Assembly (NCBI GenBank): GCA_965219535.1
Contig: CBDCNV010000002.1
Span: 1,620,001-1,652,000, forward strand
Direction: 5' to 3'
From: Opitutales bacterium
GTDB taxonomy: Bacteria > Verrucomicrobiota > Verrucomicrobiia > Opitutales > PNEW01
DNA length: 32,000 nt
Part shown: positions 7,256-15,292 of the stretch, in pieces
Position numbering within the stretch: the stretch's first letter is position 1
Layout of the letters: every line of letters starts with the position of its first letter
Made by a program: the position numbers and the translations under genes
The notes under the pieces: model-generated
Seen by the model: only the letters and a program-made list of their open reading frames with translations
What the model was told of the DNA's origin: nothing
Databases searched by the model: none

Positions 7256-8284
7256 ATGAATACACAAGAAGCACTTGCTGCAATTGAAAGGTTTTCTGAG
7301 CCGCACGTCGTCGTCGTTGGCGACGTTATGTTGGACATATATGAATTTTGTTCAACGGCAGAGAGTAAAGTTCTTGAATCTGAAAAACCAGGGAAACGTG
7401 CTTATAAGGCACAGGCTTTTCACAAGGTCCTTGGCGGAGCGGGAAATGTAGCTGCTAGTCTCGCATCGTTAGGTGTAAGCACATCTTTGGTAGGTGTTAC
7501 AGGAAATGACGAGCATTACTTCAAGATCAGAGAACTGGCTGGTGATCTCAATATCAGACATTACTTAATTCGCGATTCATCGAGACCCTCAACCGTTAAG
7601 ATGCGTCTTTATGTAGACAACGATTACCTTCTACGACGTGACCATGAATCTACGAACAAAATAGATAAGGAAACATCCGGAACAGTATTAAACGAAGTCC
7701 TTCATGAATTGAAGAACGCCGACGCTATTATTCTCAGTGATTATAATAAAGGCGTATTCACTGAGGATAACACTTATCAGATTGTGAAGGAGTGTCGGAT
7801 GCAAAACGTCCCACTCATTGTTGATTTCAAACCCCCGAATCTTGCTTTGTTTAAGGGTTCCGAGATCATGGCTCCAAACAGGCAAGAAGCAGTGGAGATG
7901 GTCTCAGGGTTTTCTCTAGACGATAGACTTGAAGATTCCGTTCGACGATTACACGATCTCCTTCAATGCGAAAATACGGTCGTAACTCTGGGAGATAAGG
8001 GAGTGTGCGGTTTCGATGGAACATGCTTTTTTCACATTCCAGGTCATAAAGTTAAAGCAGTCGATACTGTTGGCTGTGGAGATACGGTTCGTGCTGGTCT
8101 GGCATTGGGTTATGCGCTTGGCCTTAATCTAAGGGATTGTGCCGAATTGGGAAACGATGCTGCAGGAGTAATCGTTCAAAAACCGTTAACAGCAATGCTG
8201 TCGAGGGAGGAACTTACGGCATTTGTGCGCGCTAATCATTCGAAGATATCTGCAGAAACACAAAAATCTACACCAGCTAGTTAA
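7256..8284 (+). CDS. PfkB-family sugar(-phosphate) kinase, RfaE/HldE domain-I-like, stand-alone
   Basis: VVVVGDVMLDIY, GGAGNVAASLASLG, LVGVTGNDE, ILSDYNKG, VVTLGDKG, VDTVGCGDTV and AAGVIVQK are collinear with the heptose-7-phosphate kinase domain of HldE as I recall it. The adenylyltransferase domain II is absent. Confidence 0.7.
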   Translation: MNTQEALAAIERFSEPHVVVVGDVMLDIYEFCSTAESKVLESEKPGKRAYKAQAFHKVLGGAGNVAASLASLGVSTSLVGVTGNDEHYFKIRELAGDLNIRHYLIRDSSRPSTVKMRLYVDNDYLLRRDHESTNKIDKETSGTVLNEVLHELKNADAIILSDYNKGVFTEDNTYQIVKECRMQNVPLIVDFKPPNLALFKGSEIMAPNRQEAVEMVSGFSLDDRLEDSVRRLHDLLQCENTVVTLGDKGVCGFDGTCFFHIPGHKVKAVDTVGCGDTVRAGLALGYALGLNLRDCAELGNDAAGVIVQKPLTAMLSREELTAFVRANHSKISAETQKSTPAS

Positions 8285-8311
8285 AAAGGTTAATCTAAAT
8301 ATTGGCTGAAA

Positions 8312-8749
8312 ATGAGTGATTGTATATTTTGCCAGATCATTGCTGGAGAAAGTTCGGCTAGCGTATTCTATGAAGATGATATTGTGCTTGGATTGATGAC
8401 GATCGGCCCCGTTACGAGTGGCCATTCCATGATTTTACCAAAAAAGCATTTTACATATATGGCTGATATGGATGAAGAGACTGGACGTCATCTATTCACC
8501 ATAACTCAGAGAACTGCCGCCGCAATACGCCAATCAAGTATAAGGTGCGAGGGTAATAATCTCTTCTTGGCGGACGGTGAAGCAGCATCCCAAGAAGTCT
8601 TTCATCTCCACATGCATATTTTCCCACGATACAGGGGAGATTCGTTTAAACTCGTTGCAGACTGGAAAAATAAGCCACCACGAGATGAACTAGATCAAGT
8701 TGCAGGACAGATAAAATCTGCGTATGATAAGCTTTGGTTGAATTCTTAA
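8312..8749 (+). CDS. HIT (histidine triad) family nucleotide hydrolase/transferase
   Basis: CIFCQIIAGE at the N-terminus, GHSMILPKKH, and the triad FHLHMHIFPR. Confidence 0.85.
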   Translation: MSDCIFCQIIAGESSASVFYEDDIVLGLMTIGPVTSGHSMILPKKHFTYMADMDEETGRHLFTITQRTAAAIRQSSIRCEGNNLFLADGEAASQEVFHLHMHIFPRYRGDSFKLVADWKNKPPRDELDQVAGQIKSAYDKLWLNS

Positions 8750-8826
8750 ATCGAATGAAACGAGCAATAGGTTTCAATTTAAAATAAATTTAATTTTGGA
8801 TCATAGTTTCAACCTAACTGAATAAT

Positions 8827-9438
8827 ATGAGGCAATGTGATGTTTTCTTGCAGAAACGGGGGTGTTTATTAAGAGACTTAGGCTATGAATCTGATCAAGG
8901 GCAGCTGGAACAAACCGCAAGCAGTATCATTTTCTATCACTACACCAATCAAGAAAGGTTGGATGAAATTTGGTCCTCGGGTGGGCTATGGGCACGTTTA
9001 CGAGTTTTGCCCTCAGAACTCACACCTGAATTTGTGAATTATTACCTTATCGAAGGAATATTGGAGCCGTTGCCAAAGTGGTTTTGCGACGGACCCTATT
9101 TTGGTGACTTACCCCTTGAAATGATGAGGGAATATGTTGGCGATTACCTTCTTCGGATTGAGGTTCCACTAGACTTCCCCGGACTATATGTTGTTGATCA
9201 TGCTCACCCGTTTGAATGTAAACATTTTAATCGACGCGGATCTTATGCCTTACACTTAGGTTACGACTGTCGAACTGGTCATGAGGTAGTACGGGCTTTT
9301 ACTCATTCCTACATTCCTGTCTCCGAGTATAATGGAGGTCATATTGCTCCAGGAGTACAGACTATTCGCAAAGGTGAAGGAATAGCAATTCCTAAAAAGT
9401 TTATCTCAGAATCAGAGTACCAACCTTTACAGGAATAA
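8827..9438 (+). CDS. Hypothetical protein (203 aa), no family recognised
   Basis: A long ORF packed between the HIT and ANT-like genes. It contains IIFYHYTNQERLDEIWSSGGL near the N-terminus. The only possible family link is speculative and is described in the findings. Confidence 0.5.
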   Translation: MRQCDVFLQKRGCLLRDLGYESDQGQLEQTASSIIFYHYTNQERLDEIWSSGGLWARLRVLPSELTPEFVNYYLIEGILEPLPKWFCDGPYFGDLPLEMMREYVGDYLLRIEVPLDFPGLYVVDHAHPFECKHFNRRGSYALHLGYDCRTGHEVVRAFTHSYIPVSEYNGGHIAPGVQTIRKGEGIAIPKKFISESEYQPLQE

Positions 9439-9444
9439 TCAATC

Positions 9445-9984
9445 TTGAGAACAATCACCCAAGAACAAGAAGAAGCTATCAAAACATTATTCACGGAGGC
9501 AGAGCGCCAAGGGATTCTGTTGTGGCTTGAAAGTGGGTGGGCTATCGATGCCAGGCTTGGTAAAATTACTCGAGCCCACGAAGATATAGACGTTGCTTTC
9601 CCTGACGATCATCGAACCACTTATTTGGAACTTATTAAGTTGCTTAGGTATAACCGATACCAGGAGATGGATTACGGGTTCCTCACATTCAAAGATGGAA
9701 TTCTTTTAGATTCAGAGCCCTGTTTCTAATTGAATGGAGAGTACAATTTGAAAGGTTTCCCAAGCGGAACCTGTCCTTTCGCTAAGGAGGGGACAATAGA
9801 TGTCTTCAAAGTCAGATGCTTGAACTGGAAAGGAATGTACTTTGAATTTCTCAACTACATGGATGAAACTCCGCAAGACAGATGGAGACCCCAGGATTTC
9901 GATAGCTTAAAGGTGATCAAAAATCAAATCGGGATAGAAGACAGGAAACTTATACAAGAGCAATATAAGAGATCGACGACATAA
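9445..9984 (+). pseudogene. Aminoglycoside 2''-nucleotidyltransferase (AadB/ANT(2''))-family gene split by an in-frame TAA
   Basis: ILLWLESGWAIDARLGKITRAHEDIDVAFP...MDYGFL...ILLDSEPCF-TAA(9727-9729)-LNGEYNLKGFPSGTCPFAKEGTI...VRCLNWKGMYFEFLNY... is collinear with AadB as I recall it (LPLWIGGGWAIDARLGRVTRKHDDIDLTFP...LDYGFL...LLDCEP...PQGSCP...VRCNSWEAI). The two track ORFs (9445-9729 and 9730-9984) are in the same frame. The gene has a TTG start. Confidence 0.75.
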
Positions 9985-9993
9985 ACTAAGCAT

Positions 9994-10653
9994 TCAATTA
10001 ATTCGATAAAAGTATCGAAGATAATATGCTAGGCCTTCTTCACCCCAACGATTAAACAATGGTCCCATCCTAAAAAAAGGATCGGGTAAAATAATATTAT
10101 CCAAGTACAAACCACAGCATGATGCAATGTTCGTGGTGTTCGTAGGTGATATATCTCCAGCGAAAATACCCTTGGAACACTGAAGATCCTCTAAATGATA
10201 CTTGCATGGTTCAAATAGCTGCTCCCAAATATAGTTAAGAGATTCTAATATCTTTGGAGCAATTTCGCGGATATGAATTCTAAATTCCTGATTTTCCCGT
10301 GCAATAGTACCAACATCGTGATGAGATAATTTATTATTTTGCATTTCTTCGAAATATTCCCCGAAATTTCTTTCAAGATATTCAAAGTAAAGTGCCTGTA
10401 TTTCCATTAAAGGATTTTTCTCTTTAATCTCATTTCTATCGGAAAGGGCAGTAATTCCCAATGCTAGTGTTCTTATTCTTCAATCGACAGTATCAAGTTC
10501 TACCTCACCATTTTTGTATCTAACTTTTGATAAACTTTCTTCCAGACCATCGGCTAAATGATCCACAACTTTGATCTTATCGTTCTCCAATGCTTCCTGA
10601 AGCTTTTGAAGCCTTCTCTGCCACTCTATTCGTTCTTCAGAACTATAGTCCAT
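9994..10653 (-). pseudogene. Hypothetical protein interrupted by an in-frame TGA
   Basis: Track ORFs 10480-10665 and 9994-10461 lie in one frame: ...NGEVELDTVD-TGA(10480-10482)-RIRTLALGITALSDRNEIKEK.... The second ORF has only a TTG start. The likely true start is the ATG at 10653 (MDYSSEERIEWQ...). I recognise no family. Confidence 0.45.
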
Positions 10654-11057
10654 AATAATACCCAAACATATTTGTTATCGCCTCATTAGCACAACACTTT
10701 TATTTTCTACTAACAGACCATAATTTATTAATAACCTCACATTATTTTAATTAGAGAAGTTTCTCTAATGGAATTCGATCCTTTGCAAGTCGGTCGAGTG
10801 GAAGAAGAAAAAGCAATCGAAGATAAGCATCACTCAGCGTATCGGCTTGCTCAGCTTCTGTTGATTTAAATTCCTTTCCATATTCGTTACTTAAGATATC
10901 CACCGGTTTCTCTCAAGCGATAATGGGCTTTTATCAAGTCAGCACGGCATTGAGAAATACGTGCAAATATATAAGGATTTGGTCGGGTTATCCAAACTGG
11001 TCCATTGTGAGAGTTAGTCTGGAGAGGTTAATGTTGAAGTTAAGTTGGTAGAGGAAG

Positions 11058-12245
11058 TCAAGGCTTGGGCGGAACGAGGGCGTAGCCCGAGCCTTTCTTA
11101 TAGGCATCCAAAGCGAAGCGTCTCGGTGTAATATTACCAGAGACTGCGGTGTGGGCGGACGTTGTTATAAAACCGGCGCCAATCTTCAATGACAACGCGT
11201 GCTTCGGTTAAAGTCCATAACTGCTCACGGTTTAAACACTCCTCGCGAAAACGAGCGTGGAAGGATTCAATGAAACCATGAAAGATGTCGCTAACACTCG
11301 GCACTGCCAAGGACTTGCTGGTTCGCTATAGAGGGTTTTGATTTTCATCGCAGCCAGCCAGGCTCTCAATTCGCTTTCAATAAATGGCTTCGCATGTCGT
11401 CGCTTCACTCCTCGGAACCGATCCATTGTCGCTGCGGATATATTGAGGAGGTCCATACTGGTCGATCAGCTTTTGCATGATACCGAGGACCGTCTCCGCA
11501 TTGATATGGCGATCGACATGGATCACCCGACACTCGCGGGTCTACTCATCGAGCACGGTCAGCATTTTAAGACTGCCACCGCGGATCGTCTTATCGTGAA
11601 TAAAATCCCAGCTCCAAACATGGCCGGGATGTTCGGCCTTGGTAGGCAGGCCGGTGGAGACACCCCGGCGCCGGCATCTTGGCTTGCGTGGTGGGATCGT
11701 CAGTCCCAGTTCGCGTCGCAGACCTTGCACGAGCCGTTTCCCCACCTTCCAACCTTCGTCCTTCTACAGCTTCGTGATCTTGGGATAGCCCCATCTGGCG
11801 TATTGCCGTGATAACCGTCTTACTGCCGCCTTCAGTTTCGTTCGCCAGCCATCAGGATGCTTGGCCCTATGTGCATAGGGCCAACCGGTGCAGGTGAAAG
11901 TAGCGGCACGCTGCACGCATTGAACACTGGCCTCGAGCCACAAGGCTCTCTGCCACTTGTCGCTTGTGCCCAGGGCTTACTACCGAGCGTTAGCGACATC
12001 TTCCATTTTTTTTCGAGGGTCTCCTGCAGGATCTCTATCCCCAGCAGCTTGTCCGCCTGCATCCGCTTGGCCTGGTTGACATCAATCATCCCAAACTCAC
12101 GTTTCCAGCGGTGGAAAGTCTGTTCGCTTAGGTTGTTGCCACGGCAGACTTCCAGGATCGTTTTCCCCTTGTCCGCCTGCCGCAGCATTCGTATCTTCTC
12201 CTCGGTCGTGTATCTCTTTGCTTTCTTTGTCTGAGTCCTTTCTAG
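11058..12245 (-). mobile_element. IS3-family element remnant (OrfA with lost ATG, OrfB with several frameshifts and stops)
   Basis: OrfA reads ...TKKAKRYTTEEKIRMLRQADKGKTILEVCRGNNLSEQTFHRWKREFG... and is related to the copy at 4720. OrfB pieces lie in different frames: PRWGY.., GKRLVQGLRRELGLTIPPRKP..., HPGHVWSWDFIHDKT..GGSLKMLTVLDE, SDNG, ..RPHRSL.., GNITPRRFALDAYKK. The segment is G+C-rich relative to its flanks. Confidence 0.75.
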
Positions 12246-12643
12246 TTTCCCAGACTAACTTTCAAGTGGATCAGTTTCCGTGGTCACGACCAATCCTAAT
12301 GGTTGATAACGCCCGATAATCGTGTTAAATCGGTAGCGTTCTCTACAAAAAGGTAAGTTGGATAGAGTATAGGCCAGCCCCTAAACGCGAATCCTAGGGC
12401 ATTTTCAAATCAAACACAATTGCCCTTTTGAAAAGGTCATATTTCGCTGGAGGGGTGAATCAGTAAGGGCATCGTTGTGGGTAAAGTCACGCGGGAGTTA
12501 AATTCTCACTTCCATTTTGTTTGTTATTTTCCAAAACCGGATTGCCAAACACGAGACGCGGCCAGCGAAATCGTTGACAGCCCCAAGGCGATCAAAGTGG
12601 GGTTCAACCGCGTCCTTGCAGAAAGAAAAAATTTAAGACCGCA

Positions 12644-12850
12644 TTAATTTCTACTGCTCTGTCTTGATTCGGCATTTTCTTTCGCTTCGCGGTTTAGCGA
12701 GAGTAAGAATTTTATCTGGTCGCTGATTGCGTAATCTATCTGATTGTTCAACTCGTTCAAATGCTCAATCGCTCGCCGGTTTAACAGGCAGCCTCTTTCT
12801 TTTTCGACATCTGCTATCTTCTGCCATACTTCGATTCTGGTAATATTCAT
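12644..12850 (-). CDS. Possible small hypothetical protein (68 aa)
   Basis: From the internal ATG at 12850: MNITRIEVWQKIADVEKERGCLLNRRAIEHLNELNNQIDYAISDQIKFLLSLNREAKENAESRQSSRN. The longer track ORF (to 12973) would run through a hairpin/A-T tract at 12974-12989. No homology recognised. Confidence 0.3.
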   Translation of the reverse strand: MNITRIEVWQKIADVEKERGCLLNRRAIEHLNELNNQIDYAISDQIKFLLSLNREAKENAESRQSSRN

Positions 12851-13541
12851 AGCGAATACCCATCCGCGCTTAAACCCTCTACGCGCTTCTTGGCTATTAC
12901 TTTTAGATTCATGGTAATCACGGTTATATATTTCTGCATACTGCCGATCTCTATCCGTGAACACAAAGCACAAAAAAGGGTGCCCTTTTGGAGTGAGTCA
13001 ACCGCGGTGAAGGTGAGGATTTTGGGGGTGGTTTTTCGAGGCAAATTCACATTACCGATCAATATATAATACATTTTTGCGGACTCTTAGTTGATTCGAA
13101 TCGCGATTTGACTGGTAACATAAAAAAGGGAATAAGACCGTTATCGGTGCCAGTGTGCGGTAGACAAAAAGGGAGTGCCGAACAGACAGATCTATAGTGA
13201 CTGTGTTCCTGAACAGGTTCCCGGATTCAACCTGGACAGGAGATCATGGATGGTGAACCGCACAACCGTTATTATGTCTAGTATGTTTGTAAGTAGTTGA
13301 TATTTAACATATTAATTTTACACATAATATTCCTAACGGTTCTAAAATAACATGAACTAAGGAGTAGCCCTTAAATTTATCCATCAGTTTCAGTCGGGAT
13401 CATACCCCCATTGTGAGAATAAAAAGCTGTCCCGATAGAGGGTGTTGTGCAAGTTCAGTCCTGCACGATGTCCGGGTCCGTGAATCATAACGATCCATCC
13501 ACCTAGGGTTCGTTCCGCATTGCCCGTCCGTCTTTGAAGGT

Positions 13542-13606
13542 CCCCCAGTCAACGAGTCCCCCAGTCAACGAGTCCCCCAGTCACCGAGTCAACCAGTCAA
13601 CCGAGT
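13542..13606. repeat. Degenerate 16-bp (2 x 8) tandem repeat, about 4 copies
   Basis: cccccagtcaacgagt / cccccagtcaacgagt / cccccagtcaccgagt / caaccagtcaaccgagt. The unit length is not a multiple of 3. Confidence 0.85.
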
Positions 13607-13759
13607 CCTCCGAGCTGGAGCGGTATACAGAACGAGCATAACCATGTAACTTAAAACAAAGGGAGGCGGGGGGGGTGCCGCCGCCGAAGGCGGTCGACCC
13701 TGATCTATCGGTTTGCGACGCGAAAAATATTTTTACAAAAGGCACTGCAAGGGGACGAA

Positions 13760-13910
13760 AAAAAATAAAACCATAAGCTTTAAATCTGCTTCTTAAATGA
13801 ACGATCATCCTTCGTTACGAACTCAACCCTGCCCTGACATCCAAACGCCCTTTCTTGAGGCGCTTAGACCCCTGGAATGGCAAATCAAATTAAGCGTGGT
13901 GCTTCGTAAA
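13760..13910 (+). repeat. Left copy of a ~150-bp direct repeat (partner at 17990-18140)
   Basis: aaaaataaaaccataagctttaaatctgcttc...gaacgatcatccttcgtta.gaact...ctgccctgacat..aaacg.cctttct.gaggc.ct.agacccct.gaatggcaaatcaaatt.agcgt aligns with the partner at roughly 85% identity by eye. Confidence 0.8.
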
Positions 13911-14547
13911 ATACCACCGGGCTCGAAAACTTCCAATTCTGACTGGCAACAGCTCCATCCTCCTTCTTAGACTATTTGCCCACAGTAGAATCTGTCCCTT
14001 ATAGCCATTGTCTGCTTAAACAGTTCATTTCAAATATTAAAATATGGGTATTTTATACATTTCTAGCCAAAGGTAGCCCCGGTAAATGATAAGATAGAAA
14101 GAGCCATCTCTGTCCAATCGAAAAACTCGCTCCTCAATACCAAAAACGCGTGTCTTTATCTATGCGCTCTTCAGTAACTGTAAGGTCCTCTCAACCTTAT
14201 GAATTACTCATTTATATATGCGCGCTCAGTCGCTGTATTTCAAGAACAGGGGATGGATCTCAAGCCGCTACTGGAAGTTGAGGCGCAAAAATCGATGTCT
14301 GCTTATCGTAACAAATATAATTTCCCTTATTTATCACGTATTGATTACGCGTCTGATGGAAGATAAACCGTTTCTTTGAATACTCTACCTTTTGAAATAT
14401 CATTGTTATTGTTGACTAAGAAAAAGCGTTAAAGGTACGCTAGCAATGTATAGCATTCTCTTTTTGAGATTATTGACAAATATAATTATACTAAACAATT
14501 TGACCTTTCCACCTTTCCAAAAGCAAAGAATCTCGAATATTAAAAAA

Positions 14548-15282
14548 GGGTCATGCCTAGAATAGACACATATCAGATGTGTAAGCTATTCTAGACAAAT
14601 GAGAAATAAGTATGTACATCGTTCAAAAATTTCTGAGGCCAAATTTCGGCAGTTAGTAAAGTGTTTTAGCTTGGATATGGAAGCGTTGAAGATAGCCCAA
14701 TTGACAGGATTGAATCGTAACACGGTCAACCGTTATTTGCGCTTGTTGCGGGAGCGTTTGTTGCAGCAATGTGCGCAGGCCTCGCCTTTTAGGGGGTCGG
14801 TGGAAATGGATGAGTCCTACTTTGGAGGCAAAAGAATTCCAGGGCAAAGAGGTCGGGGTGCATTCAAGAAAGTGCCCGTCTTCGGGTTGCTCAAGCGTAA
14901 TGGGAAAGTCTATACCCAGGTTGTACGCAATGTCTCCAGAGCCGCTCTGCATGCGGTGATCCAAGGGAGAGTTACTTTTGACAGTGTGCTTTATTCTGAC
15001 GGGTGGCGTGCTTACAACGGCCTCGTGGATCTGGGCTATAAGAAGCATTACCGTGTCAATCACAACGACAACGAGTTTGCCCAGGGACACTCCCACATTA
15101 ACGGGATTGAATCTTTTTGGGCTTTTGCTAAACTTCGATTGGCTAAGTTCAAAGGTCTTTCTCGTAGGACCTTCCAACTGCACCTCAAAGAAACTGAATA
15201 TCGCTTTAACCATCGTCATCAAAACCTCCATCGTAACATCCTTAATATGTGCTTAAGATACCCTCTGTTCTAGGCATGACCC
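14548..15282 (+). mobile_element. Intact IS1595-family, IS1016-group-like insertion sequence (735 bp) with perfect 8-bp TSD
   Basis: The IRs are GGGTCATGCCTAGAAtagac (14548-) and gttcTAGGCATGACCC (-15282). The element is flanked by TTAAAAAA at 14540-14547 and 15283-15290. A single 224-aa transposase fills it. Confidence 0.9.
14599..15273 (+). CDS. IS1016-like (IS1595 family) DDE transposase
   Basis: VEMDESYFGGKRIPGQRGRGAFKKVPVFGLLKRNGKVYTQVV...LYSDGWRAYNGL...HINGIESFWAFAKLRLAKFKGLSRRTFQLHLKETEYRFNHR are hallmark ISXO2/IS1016 motifs. The ORF is intact. Confidence 0.9.
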   Translation: MRNKYVHRSKISEAKFRQLVKCFSLDMEALKIAQLTGLNRNTVNRYLRLLRERLLQQCAQASPFRGSVEMDESYFGGKRIPGQRGRGAFKKVPVFGLLKRNGKVYTQVVRNVSRAALHAVIQGRVTFDSVLYSDGWRAYNGLVDLGYKKHYRVNHNDNEFAQGHSHINGIESFWAFAKLRLAKFKGLSRRTFQLHLKETEYRFNHRHQNLHRNILNMCLRYPLF

Positions 15283-15292
15283 TTAAAAAATT

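Noticed and set aside
5402-9984. Integron-like cassette array: seven same-strand, tightly packed, functionally unrelated genes including an aadB-family member.
   Set aside because: I looked in the spacers for attC-type sites (RYYYAAC ... GTTRRRY imperfect palindromes). I found only an isolated ACCTAAC at 8811-8817 with no partner. Several spacers (6, 24 and 27 bp) are too short for attC, and no intI gene is present in the window.
10480-10482. In-frame TGA as a selenocysteine codon.
   Set aside because: I saw no SECIS-like hairpin immediately downstream. The protein shows no redox motif around the site. The other in-frame stops in the region are TAA, so decay is the more economical explanation.
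13201-13245. Possible attR (a decayed copy of the tRNA-His 3' end): ttcccggattcaacctggacagg versus tgaccggatttgaaccggcgacc.
   Set aside because: The match is only about 13 of 18 positions and needs a gap, which is not distinguishable from chance by eye. A second weak candidate (gcattggggggtgcgg at 1533-1548 versus tcattggggtggctga) is no better.
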